64,000 nt of DNA. Source: an uncultured Gemmatimonadales bacterium. GTDB taxonomy: Bacteria > Gemmatimonadota > Gemmatimonadetes > Longimicrobiales > RSA9. Below, piece by piece: positions 8,638 to 16,074 of the stretch. How positions within the stretch are numbered: position 1 is the first letter of the stretch; every line of letters begins with the position of its first letter. The stretch is from the NCBI GenBank assembly GCA_963783305.1, contig CAWAMW010000007.1, positions 78,220 through 142,219 of the forward strand, given 5' to 3'. The position numbers and the translations under genes are program-made. A model generated the notes under the pieces. It saw only the letters and a program-made list of their open reading frames with translations, searched no databases and was not told the origin of the DNA.

Positions 8638-9987
8638 TCACAGGTCGTGCTTCTGGAGCCTCCGATAAAGAGCGCTCCGGCTGAGGCCCAGGGCCTCAGC
8701 CGCCCGGCTCACGTTGCCGTCGTAGCGGGTGATCGCCTTCTGGATGAGGACGCGCTCGGCATCATCGAGGGTCATCTTGTCGAGCCGGTCCAGCGTCTCG
8801 GCCGGCAGCCGCAGGTTGAGATCGGCCTCCTGGACCTGCCGCTCCCGCGCCATCAGCACCGCTCGCTCCACCACGTGCTCCAGCTCCCGCACGTTGCCAG
8901 GCCAGGGGTGGTCCAGCAGCGCCTGCATCGCAGGCTTCTCGAAACCGGTCAGCTCTTTCCCGTAGTGGTCCGTCTGCCGCTGGAGGAACCGCGCCGCCAG
9001 CACCGGGATGTCCTCCCGCCTGTCCCGCAACGGCGGGAGCCGGATCTCCACCGTGTTGAGCCGGTAGAGCAGGTCCTCCCGGAACTCGCCCGCCGCGATC
9101 GCCTTGTCGATGTCCGCGTTCGTGGCCGAGATCACCCGCACGTCCACGTTTCGCGCCTTCGACGAGCCCACCCGCTGCACCTCGCCGCTCTCCAGGACCC
9201 GCAGCAGCTTCGCCTGCTGCTTCGGCGTGATGTTCGCGATCTCGTCCAGGAAGAGCGTTCCGCGGTCCGCCAGCTCGAAGCAGCCCACGCGATCCGTCTT
9301 GGCGTCCGTGAAGGCACCCTTCACGTGCCCGAACAGCTCGCTCTCGAACAGCGTCTCGCTGAAACCGCCGGCATTCACCGCGATCAGTGGCCGATCGCTT
9401 CGCCGCGACGCCGCGTGCAGCCACCGCGCCACGACTTCCTTCCCCGTTCCGTGCTCGCCCGTGACCAGCACGTTCGCGTCCGACGGGCCCACCCGCTCCA
9501 TCACCCGCAGGACCGGATGCATCGCCCGCGACGACGCCACGAAGTCGGGCAGGTTCTGCTTCCGCAGCCGCTTGTTCTCCCCCTCCAGCGTATGCTTCTC
9601 ACGCACCGTCTTCGCCAGCTCGATCTGCGTGCGCAGCATGCTCAGCAGCCGCATGTTGTCCCACGGCTTCTCGATGTAGTCGCGGGCCCCCAGCCGCATC
9701 GCCTCCACCGCCCCCTCCACGCTCCCCCACGCCGTCATCACGATGATCGGCAGCGTGTGGTCCAGCGCCCGCAGCTTCGACAGCACGTCGAGTCCCTCGC
9801 GCCCGGACGTCGTGTCCCGCGCGTAGTTCAGGTCCATCAGCACCGCGTCGAAGTCGCGCGCGGAAACCAGCTCGAGGATCTCCTCCGGCGAAGACGCCGT
9901 CTGGATCAGGAATCCCTCCCCCTTCAGCAGGAGGCGGAGCGCCTGGAGCACGTCGGGCTGGTCGTCGGCGATAAGGAGGTTCGGCAT
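8638..9987 (-). CDS. Sigma-54-dependent Fis-family response regulator (NtrC/AtoC class)
   Basis: Receiver domain with the phospho-acceptor Asp (AVLMDLNY). AAA+ sigma-54 activator with Walker A GEHGTGKE, the GAFTDA sigma-54 contact motif, and a C-terminal Fis HTH. True start is the ATG for MPNLLIADDQ at 9987. The ORF-track N-terminal extension to 10242 is a translated tandem DNA repeat and I rejected it. Confidence 0.9.
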   Translation of the reverse strand: MPNLLIADDQPDVLQALRLLLKGEGFLIQTASSPEEILELVSARDFDAVLMDLNYARDTTSGREGLDVLSKLRALDHTLPIIVMTAWGSVEGAVEAMRLGARDYIEKPWDNMRLLSMLRTQIELAKTVREKHTLEGENKRLRKQNLPDFVASSRAMHPVLRVMERVGPSDANVLVTGEHGTGKEVVARWLHAASRRSDRPLIAVNAGGFSETLFESELFGHVKGAFTDAKTDRVGCFELADRGTLFLDEIANITPKQQAKLLRVLESGEVQRVGSSKARNVDVRVISATNADIDKAIAAGEFREDLLYRLNTVEIRLPPLRDRREDIPVLAARFLQRQTDHYGKELTGFEKPAMQALLDHPWPGNVRELEHVVERAVLMARERQVQEADLNLRLPAETLDRLDKMTLDDAERVLIQKAITRYDGNVSRAAEALGLSRSALYRRLQKHDL

Positions 9988-10073
9988 CGGTGTCCGATTA
10001 CGGGATTGATGAGTTAATCTACGGGCACGGCGCCGTGACGCGAGTGCCGCGGACCCAGAGAGAGCGATCCCGG

Positions 10074-10250
10074 ACCGCCCGAGCACACCGCCCGAGTACG
10101 CCGCCCAGGTCCGCCGTCCAGGTCCCCCGCCCGAGTCCGCCGCCCGAGTCCGCCGCCCAGGTCCGCCGCCCAGGTCCGCCGCCCAGGCCCGCCGCCCAGG
10201 CCCGCCGCCCAGGCCCGCCGCCCAGGCCCGCCGCCCATTCACTCCGCCTG
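10074..10250. repeat. 13-bp tandem repeat (CCGCCGCCCAGGY / CCGCCGCCCGAGT) about 9-10 copies, in the promoter region of the sigma-54 regulator
   Basis: Direct reading: ...ccgcccgagtccg ccgcccgagtccg ccgcccaggtccg ccgcccaggtccg ccgcccaggcccg x4. The ORF-track translations GGGPGRR... in several frames are artefacts of this repeat. Confidence 0.8.
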
Positions 10251-10546
10251 GACCTCGATCGTTCGAGGCGAACCTTCGGCGCGCAGGTCGGAAGCCTGGC
10301 CGTCGAAACTCCTTCAGTCCGGGGTGGATTCGCCATTGGAGGGGGCTACCGGTGCGTTTCCCGTTATCCCCCGGATACCGGGGTCAACCCGGCGCCCCTC
10401 GTGCGAGACCTCATCCCCAGTCCATTATCCACCGAATACCGAGGGCGATTGCACAACGGGCTGGTGTGACGGTAGGAGCCGGGCCGGCGCTCGCTGTCGG
10501 GGTCCAAATAGGTTCCAGCGCCCCGCGGAGCGGGCGCATCATGCCG

Positions 10547-11239
10547 TCAGGTGGTTTCCGCCAGTTCCTGGCGCCCGGCGATCCAGCCATCCAGGAGCTC
10601 GATGACGCGATCCCCGTAGGCCGCCATCTCGTTGGAGTGTGTGACCTGGATGATGGTCGTGCCCTCCTGGTTCAGACGGGTGAAGAGCTCCATGATCTCA
10701 TGGCTCTGCTTCGAGTGCAGGTTCCCCGTGGGCTCGTCGGCGAGGATCAGCTTGGGGCTCGCGATGATCGCGCGGGCCACGCCCACCAGCTGCTGCTGCC
10801 CGCCCGACAGCTGGCTGGGGAAGAGGTCCTTCTTCGCCACGATGCCGAAACGGTCCAGAACGTCGGCCACCAGCGCCTGGCGCTCGGCGCGCTTTACGTT
10901 CCGGTAACTCAGCGGGATATCCAGGTTCTCCTCCACCGTCAGATCATCGATCAGGTGGTACTGCTGGAAGACGAACCCCACGTGCCGTTTGTTCAGCTCC
11001 ATGCGGGCGCGCGGCTTCAGCGCGTGGACCGGCTCACCCGCCAGCCAGTACTCGCCGTTCCAGTCGTGGTCCAGCATGCCGAGAATGCTGAGCAGCGTCG
11101 ACTTGCCCGCGCCGGAAGGGCCCATCACGGTGATGAACTCGCCCTCCTCGACGTCCGCCGTGATCTGACGGAGCACATAGCTCCGCCCGGCCTTGGTCTC
11201 GAAGTGCCGTTCGACGTTCCTGAGCTGGATCAGCGCCAT
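10547..11239 (-). CDS. ABC transporter ATP-binding protein (soluble, LolD/FtsE/DevA-like, no membrane domain)
   Basis: Starts at [13 protein letters not shown] with RBS GGGAGAA. Walker [10 protein letters not shown], signature LSGGQQQ, Walker [10 protein letters not shown]-loop VTHS. The N-terminal 20 aa of the ORF-track model were discarded. Confidence 0.85.
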   Translation of the reverse strand: MALIQLRNVERHFETKAGRSYVLRQITADVEEGEFITVMGPSGAGKSTLLSILGMLDHDWNGEYWLAGEPVHALKPRARMELNKRHVGFVFQQYHLIDDLTVEENLDIPLSYRNVKRAERQALVADVLDRFGIVAKKDLFPSQLSGGQQQLVGVARAIIASPKLILADEPTGNLHSKQSHEIMELFTRLNQEGTTIIQVTHSNEMAAYGDRVIELLDGWIAGRQELAETT

Positions 11240-11258
11240 CGGTTCTCCCTGTTCGTGC

Positions 11259-11993
11259 TCAGACCTCGAAGCCCGCTTCCTCCAGCTCGTGCGCCTCACG
11301 GCGATCCTCGTCCTCTACGATCCGGCCGTCGAACAGATGGATCGTGCGCTGCGCGTGCTGCGCGTACCGCGGGTCGTGCGTTACCATGCACACCGTCGCA
11401 CCGCCCGCGTGCAGCTCCTCCATCAGGCTCATGACCGACTCGCCGTTGGCCGAGTCCAGGTTCCCCGTCGGCTCGTCCGCCAGCAGCATGAGCGGGTCGC
11501 CCACGATCGCCCGGGCCACGGCCACACGCTGCTGCTGACCGCCCGAGAGCTGCGACGGGTAGTGCTTCATCCGATGCGCCATCCCCACCCGCTCCAGCGC
11601 CTCCTCCACCCGCTGCTTCCGCTCCTTCCCAGGCATGCCCCGGTACGTCAGCGGGAGCTCCACGTTCTCGTAGACGTTCAGGTCACCGATCAGGTTGAAG
11701 GCCTGGAAGATGAACCCGATGGCCCGGTTCCGAATGTGCGCCCGCTGACTCGCCGTCAGGTTCGCCACCGGCCGACCATCGAGGATGTACTCCCCGCTCG
11801 TAGGGGAGTCCAGCAGCCCCAGCAGGCTCAGGAGCGTCGTCTTGCCACACCCCGACGGGCCGGCGATCGCGACGTACTCGCCAGGCCGGATGTCCAGGTG
11901 CACGTCGTTCAGCGCGTGGGTCTCCACCTCCTCGGTGTAGAAGACCTTCGTCACGCCATCCAGCTTGATCATCGGCTCCATCTGCGTTGCCAT
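11259..11993 (-). CDS. ABC transporter ATP-binding protein (second soluble LolD/FtsE/DevA-like ATPase, paralogous to the downstream one)
   Basis: Starts at MATQMEPMIKLDGVTKVFY (in-frame arithmetic from the ORF track; coordinate could be off by 1-2 bp). Walker A GPSGCGKTT, signature LSGGQQQRVAVARA, Walker B LLADEPT. The ORF-track N-terminal 50 aa are a translated tandem repeat and were rejected. Confidence 0.85.
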   Translation of the reverse strand: MATQMEPMIKLDGVTKVFYTEEVETHALNDVHLDIRPGEYVAIAGPSGCGKTTLLSLLGLLDSPTSGEYILDGRPVANLTASQRAHIRNRAIGFIFQAFNLIGDLNVYENVELPLTYRGMPGKERKQRVEEALERVGMAHRMKHYPSQLSGGQQQRVAVARAIVGDPLMLLADEPTGNLDSANGESVMSLMEELHAGGATVCMVTHDPRYAQHAQRTIHLFDGRIVEDEDRREAHELEEAGFEV

Positions 11994-12051
11994 CAGGGCT
12001 CCAGGATTGGGGGATCGAGATCGGGATCGGGTTGTGAACCGCGAAGCGCGA

Positions 12052-12110
12052 TCTGTTCTCTGTAATCTGTTCTCTGTAATCTGTTCTATGTAATCTGTTA
12101 TATAAGACGC
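12052..12110. repeat. 14-bp tandem repeat (TCTGTTCTCTGTAA x3) ending in TGTTATATAAGACGCCACGACC; member of a TCTGT-core repeat family
   Basis: Direct reading between the HlyD stop and the first ATPase start. Shares the GTAATCTGT core and a terminal TATAAG-(A)CG(C)CACGACC box with the repeat at 50866-50935. Confidence 0.7.
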
Positions 12111-12186
12111 CACGACCGCCCGCGTGGTTGGCTCCGCCTCCACCCCCGCCGCGCGTCCGGGGCCAGTGAAGAGATCGTGTCCGTCC

Positions 12187-13500
12187 TCACTTCAATCGCA
12201 CTCGGTCGTAGGTGTCCCAGTTGGACATGTCGGACAGGATCACGACATCGCCCTCCTGGAGGCCGCTACGCACTTCCACCTCGTTCACCGACGACTGCCC
12301 GAGCTGTACAGTGACGCGTACCGCCTCATCGCCGTCCACCAGCTTGAAGAGGCCCACCGAGCTGTTCGCGGAGCCAATGTGGGGGCGCGGCATGTGCAGC
12401 ACCTCGTCCAGCCGCGCCACCTCCACCGTGCCGTCGACGCTCAGGTCCGGGCGGGCGCCGCGCGGCAGCTCCTCGACGTCGAGCGCCACGTCCACGGTCA
12501 CCGAGCCGCCCTGCGCCGCCGGGTCGATCCGCGTCACGTGGCCGGGGATCACACCGCTGCGGATGTCGATGCTCGCCGGCTGACCCACGGTCACGTCCTT
12601 TGCCTGTACCTCTGGGATCCTGAGGACCGCTTTCAACCGCCCGGGCTGCACCACCTTCGCCAGCGTCGCCCCGGGCTGCACCCACTGGCCCGGCTCGAAG
12701 TTCAGCTCCTGAACGACGCCATCGCTCCCGGCCACGACCTGCATGGAGCCGAGCCGCGCCCTCTGGAAGTCCACGATCTGCTGCAGTCGCTCCACCTGCG
12801 ACTCCTGTACGGCCACCTGCCGGGTGATGTTTCGCTCCATGAGGTCCAGTCGCTGCCGCTCCAGGTCCAGCCGCTCCTCGAGTTCAGTCACCTGGTCGCT
12901 GGACTGCTGGAGCACGTTCTGAGCGATCAGGTCCTTCTCCGCCAGCTCCTGGTTCGACCGGTACGTGCGCTCCGCCTGCTGATACTGAGAGCGGGTCTGC
13001 GCGACGATCCCCGCCTGGGTCAGACGCTGCGTCCGCAGGTTGGTCGCCACCTCCACCAGCCCCGCCTGCGCGGCCGCGAGCTGCCGCTCCGCCTCGAGAG
13101 CCTGCAGCTGCACGTCCGGATTCGACAGCTCCATGATCACGGTGCCGGCGCTCACCTCGGCCCCCGCCTCCACCAGCTTCTGCTCCACCCGGCCGGCTGT
13201 GACCGCCGAGACCCACCGGATCTGCTCCGGCACGAGCGTGCCCGGGCCGCGCACAGCCCGGATCATGGTGCCGTGCTCCACCTGACCGGTGAAGATCACG
13301 TCCCTGTCCACACTGGGCGCGGCCGGCTCCAGCCGCGCCACGGCCACCGCCGCGAGGATCAGCAGAAGCGCCGCGGCACCGCCCAGGATCCACCGCTTGC
13401 GCGTACGCCCGCGGCTCTCACGCGGCACGTCCATCATGATCCGGTGGGTCCTGGGCTCCCCCTCGGTGGCCCGATCCGCCTTCTCTGCCGCCATGTTCAT
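12187..13500 (-). CDS. HlyD-family periplasmic adaptor (membrane fusion protein) of a MacA/DevB-like tripartite pump
   Basis: Single N-terminal TM helix (WILGGAAALLLILAAVAVA). Long coiled-coil hairpin region. C-terminal beta-barrel and membrane-proximal domains. Overlaps the TolC stop by 4 bp. Confidence 0.8.
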   Translation of the reverse strand: MNMAAEKADRATEGEPRTHRIMMDVPRESRGRTRKRWILGGAAALLLILAAVAVARLEPAAPSVDRDVIFTGQVEHGTMIRAVRGPGTLVPEQIRWVSAVTAGRVEQKLVEAGAEVSAGTVIMELSNPDVQLQALEAERQLAAAQAGLVEVATNLRTQRLTQAGIVAQTRSQYQQAERTYRSNQELAEKDLIAQNVLQQSSDQVTELEERLDLERQRLDLMERNITRQVAVQESQVERLQQIVDFQRARLGSMQVVAGSDGVVQELNFEPGQWVQPGATLAKVVQPGRLKAVLRIPEVQAKDVTVGQPASIDIRSGVIPGHVTRIDPAAQGGSVTVDVALDVEELPRGARPDLSVDGTVEVARLDEVLHMPRPHIGSANSSVGLFKLVDGDEAVRVTVQLGQSSVNEVEVRSGLQEGDVVILSDMSNWDTYDRVRLK

Positions 13501-15089
13501 CGAACGCTCTCATCTGGAGTACGGCTTTCGGCCCGCTCCGGCCGGAGCGGCCGTCCCACCGCCGCTTCGAGGTCGGCCAGCGCTTCGTGGAATGTATACA
13601 CCGCCGCCAGGTACGACTGGTCCGCCTGCGACTTCAGCGTCGTGGCTTCCGTCAGGCTGACGAATGAGTCCAGGCCGACCCGGTACCGCTCGCGCGCCTG
13701 CTCCAGCTGGTCGGCCCCCAGCACGCGGTTCGTTCTCTCGATCTGGACCGCCTCGTAGGCCGCCTCCAACCGGAGCAGCGCCGCCCCCACATCCGCGGTA
13801 AGCCGCAGACGTTCGGCCCTCAGCCGATGCTCCGTGTCCTCGGCCGCCGCGTCCGCCTGCGCCACCTGCCGCTGCCGCGAGAACCCGGTGAAGACCGGCA
13901 CCGAGACCGCCAGTGACACGGTCAGAGGCTGTTGCTGGAAGTCGAAGGGGAACGCGCGGTTGGTCATTCGCACCGTCGCCTCCAGCGAGTCCAGCCGCAC
14001 GGGCGTCAGTTCGTACGTCGAACAGTCCTCCGCCGGGTATGGGTCCGCAAGGCGCGAGTTCAGGTCGTTCCACTCCTGGCACGACTGCATCTGACTCTCG
14101 TACGCCTGCCGGCCCTGCGACAGGAGGTAGGCGTCATCCCCCACCTGCCGCGTGAAGCCGGAAAGCCCGGCCTGCGCGGTGATGGTGGGGAGGTACGCCG
14201 ACCAGGCCGTCCGTGCGGCCGCCCGCTGCGCCCGGGAGGCAGACTCCAGCGACCGCAGCGCCGGATGTGACGACAGCGCGATCCCCAGCAGCCACTCCCT
14301 CGTCCACTGCGGCTCGAACACCTCGAGATCTGTCGTAAGACGGAGGTCCCGGTCCAGCTCCAGCCCGATCTGCTGCATCAGCCGCAGCCGCGACGCCTCA
14401 TACTCGCTCCGCGCCGTCAGCGCCGCGACGCGCGCACGACCCCACTCCACCTCCGCCTGCTTCGCGTCCAGGGTGATGGCGACACCCGCGGATGCGCGGG
14501 TCCGCGCGAGCGTCAACGTCTCTTCCGCGCTTTCCTGCTGCTGCCGCCTCAGCTCCACCTGGTCGCGCGCCCGCAGCACCGTGACGTAGGCCCGCTTCAC
14601 CGCGTTCTGGAGCGTAGTTTCCACCGCCTCCACGTTTGCCCTCACCGCACGGCGGTTCGCCCGCTGCTCGGACAGCGTGAACCACGTCTGCGGACTCAGG
14701 CTCCACCGGGCGCTCGCCGAGTAGCTCGAAAAGTAGTACGACGGCGTTTCCGTCACCCCGATGTCCGCCGCCGTGAAGCTGCCGAAGAGCGCCGAGCCCT
14801 GGTCCTCGTACCGCACTCCGCCCAGGACGCTCGCCTGCGGCATGAAGGCGCCATACGCCTCCCGCACACCCCAGTCGGCCGCCGACTCGTCGTTCCGGGT
14901 GGCCAGATACGACGGGTTGTGCCGGATCGCCAGCGCCAGCGCCTCGTCCAGCGTCAGCGCCACCGGCTTCGGACCCTCCGGTCCCTCTCGCTCCTGCGCC
15001 CACGCGCCAGCGGGCGACAGCCCGCATGCGAGCGCCGCACACACCAGCGCCGCTGGCCCCGCGCGGTGGATCCTGATCCTCGTCGACAA
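13497..15089 (-). CDS. TolC-family outer membrane efflux protein
   Basis: TTG start at 15089 with GAGGAG 5 nt upstream. Signal peptide (STRIRIHRAGPAALVCAALACGLSPAGAWAQE). Two tandem TolC repeats. The ORF-track extension to 15413 was rejected. Confidence 0.8.
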   Translation of the reverse strand: MSTRIRIHRAGPAALVCAALACGLSPAGAWAQEREGPEGPKPVALTLDEALALAIRHNPSYLATRNDESAADWGVREAYGAFMPQASVLGGVRYEDQGSALFGSFTAADIGVTETPSYYFSSYSASARWSLSPQTWFTLSEQRANRRAVRANVEAVETTLQNAVKRAYVTVLRARDQVELRRQQQESAEETLTLARTRASAGVAITLDAKQAEVEWGRARVAALTARSEYEASRLRLMQQIGLELDRDLRLTTDLEVFEPQWTREWLLGIALSSHPALRSLESASRAQRAAARTAWSAYLPTITAQAGLSGFTRQVGDDAYLLSQGRQAYESQMQSCQEWNDLNSRLADPYPAEDCSTYELTPVRLDSLEATVRMTNRAFPFDFQQQPLTVSLAVSVPVFTGFSRQRQVAQADAAAEDTEHRLRAERLRLTADVGAALLRLEAAYEAVQIERTNRVLGADQLEQARERYRVGLDSFVSLTEATTLKSQADQSYLAAVYTFHEALADLEAAVGRPLRPERAESRTPDESVR

Positions 15090-15427
15090 GACGGCTCCTC
15101 TTTCCGGGACTCCGTTTCCGCCCTTGTTCAAAGGCGAGTACCGTGCCGGAGGTGAATCAACGCGTAAAGGGTTGTACCACAAGAGCATAGACATAATATA
15201 CCGGACGGTGGCCGGTCGGTTTCGGGGCGGTTGGTGTCCGATTCCGAACACTTGGCGGCGCGCCGCCGGGGATGGATCCAGCACCGCGCTGTGGCGCCGG
15301 CTCCGCCGGGCGACCCCGCGGCCAGCGTCAGGACCGCCAGGCCGCCGACCGATGTCGCTCGGCACTTGCACGGGTGGAGAGGGGTAGGGTAGATAGCGAA
15401 AGGGCGAATCCAACAGCGGAGGCGATC

Positions 15428-15979
15428 ATGATGAATCGGAGAGCCAGGCGCGGAGCGTCGGTCGGGAGCGGGATCCGGGTGCGACTCGGCCGGGGGCGGG
15501 TGCTGGCGGCGTCCGGTGTGCTCGGTGTCGCAATCGTGGCGGCCGTGGGGGGTGCATGGTCCACGTCCGGCCCCTCGGCGGCGGTCGTGGCCTCCCCGCA
15601 GGACCCGGCGGAAGCGGTGATGGTGGCTGCGGGCCAGTGGGCCCTCGAGCGGGTGGCGGGCGGCGAGACGCGCCTGGACCCCCATCGTTCGGGAGCGGGG
15701 AAGGATGCGGCGCGGGTGAGCAGCGTGGCGCGGTCGCTTGGGGCGGGGCTCGGCACGCTCGATGAGCTGCGTCAGTGCACGGACCCCCTGAATTCCGCGA
15801 GCTGCCGTCTCGGCGTGGATCGCCTGCTTGCCATCTCTGCACCGCAGGTGGACGGGGATGAGGCGCGAGTGAAGGTGTACGCTTGGTTCCGCTCGAGCTC
15901 GCCGCCCGTGGCGCAGCGGAGCTGGGATCTGGTGTTGCGCCGCGAAGGCGGGAGCTGGCGGGTAGTATCGGGAGGGTGA
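15428..15979 (+). CDS. Hypothetical membrane-anchored / secreted protein
   Basis: ATGATG start at 15428 with GGAGG RBS. N-terminal Arg-rich segment plus a TM/signal anchor (VLAASGVLGVAIVAAVGGAWS). Two Cys in the exported part. No recognisable domain. Divergent from the TolC operon. Confidence 0.5.
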   Translation: MMNRRARRGASVGSGIRVRLGRGRVLAASGVLGVAIVAAVGGAWSTSGPSAAVVASPQDPAEAVMVAAGQWALERVAGGETRLDPHRSGAGKDAARVSSVARSLGAGLGTLDELRQCTDPLNSASCRLGVDRLLAISAPQVDGDEARVKVYAWFRSSSPPVAQRSWDLVLRREGGSWRVVSGG

Positions 15980-16074
15980 GGCGCACCGCCACACCGTGAT
16001 CGCCGGATGGGAACGGGGAAGGGCGCCGACCCCGCTTCAGGCCGACGCCCCGTCCCCGTACTCGCCTGGCCCCA

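Noticed and set aside
9988-10242. N-terminal 85-aa extension of the sigma-54 regulator ORF (GGGPGRR repeats)
   Set aside because: It is a translation of the 13-bp tandem DNA repeat. The receiver domain begins at the internal Met (MPNLLIADDQ).
10324-10605. 93-aa plus-strand ORF in the regulator/ABC intergenic region
   Set aside because: It has no RBS and Arg/Pro-rich composition, and it runs into the convergent end of the ABC gene. It is more likely a non-coding promoter region.
12111-12143. GTG-initiated N-terminal 50 aa of the first ABC ATPase, and the 20-aa extension of the second ATPase
   Set aside because: The sequence upstream of the Walker-A-containing domain is a translation of the TCTGT repeat, and for the second ATPase it lacks any ABC homology. 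Internal Met starts with RBSs give canonical-length ATPases.
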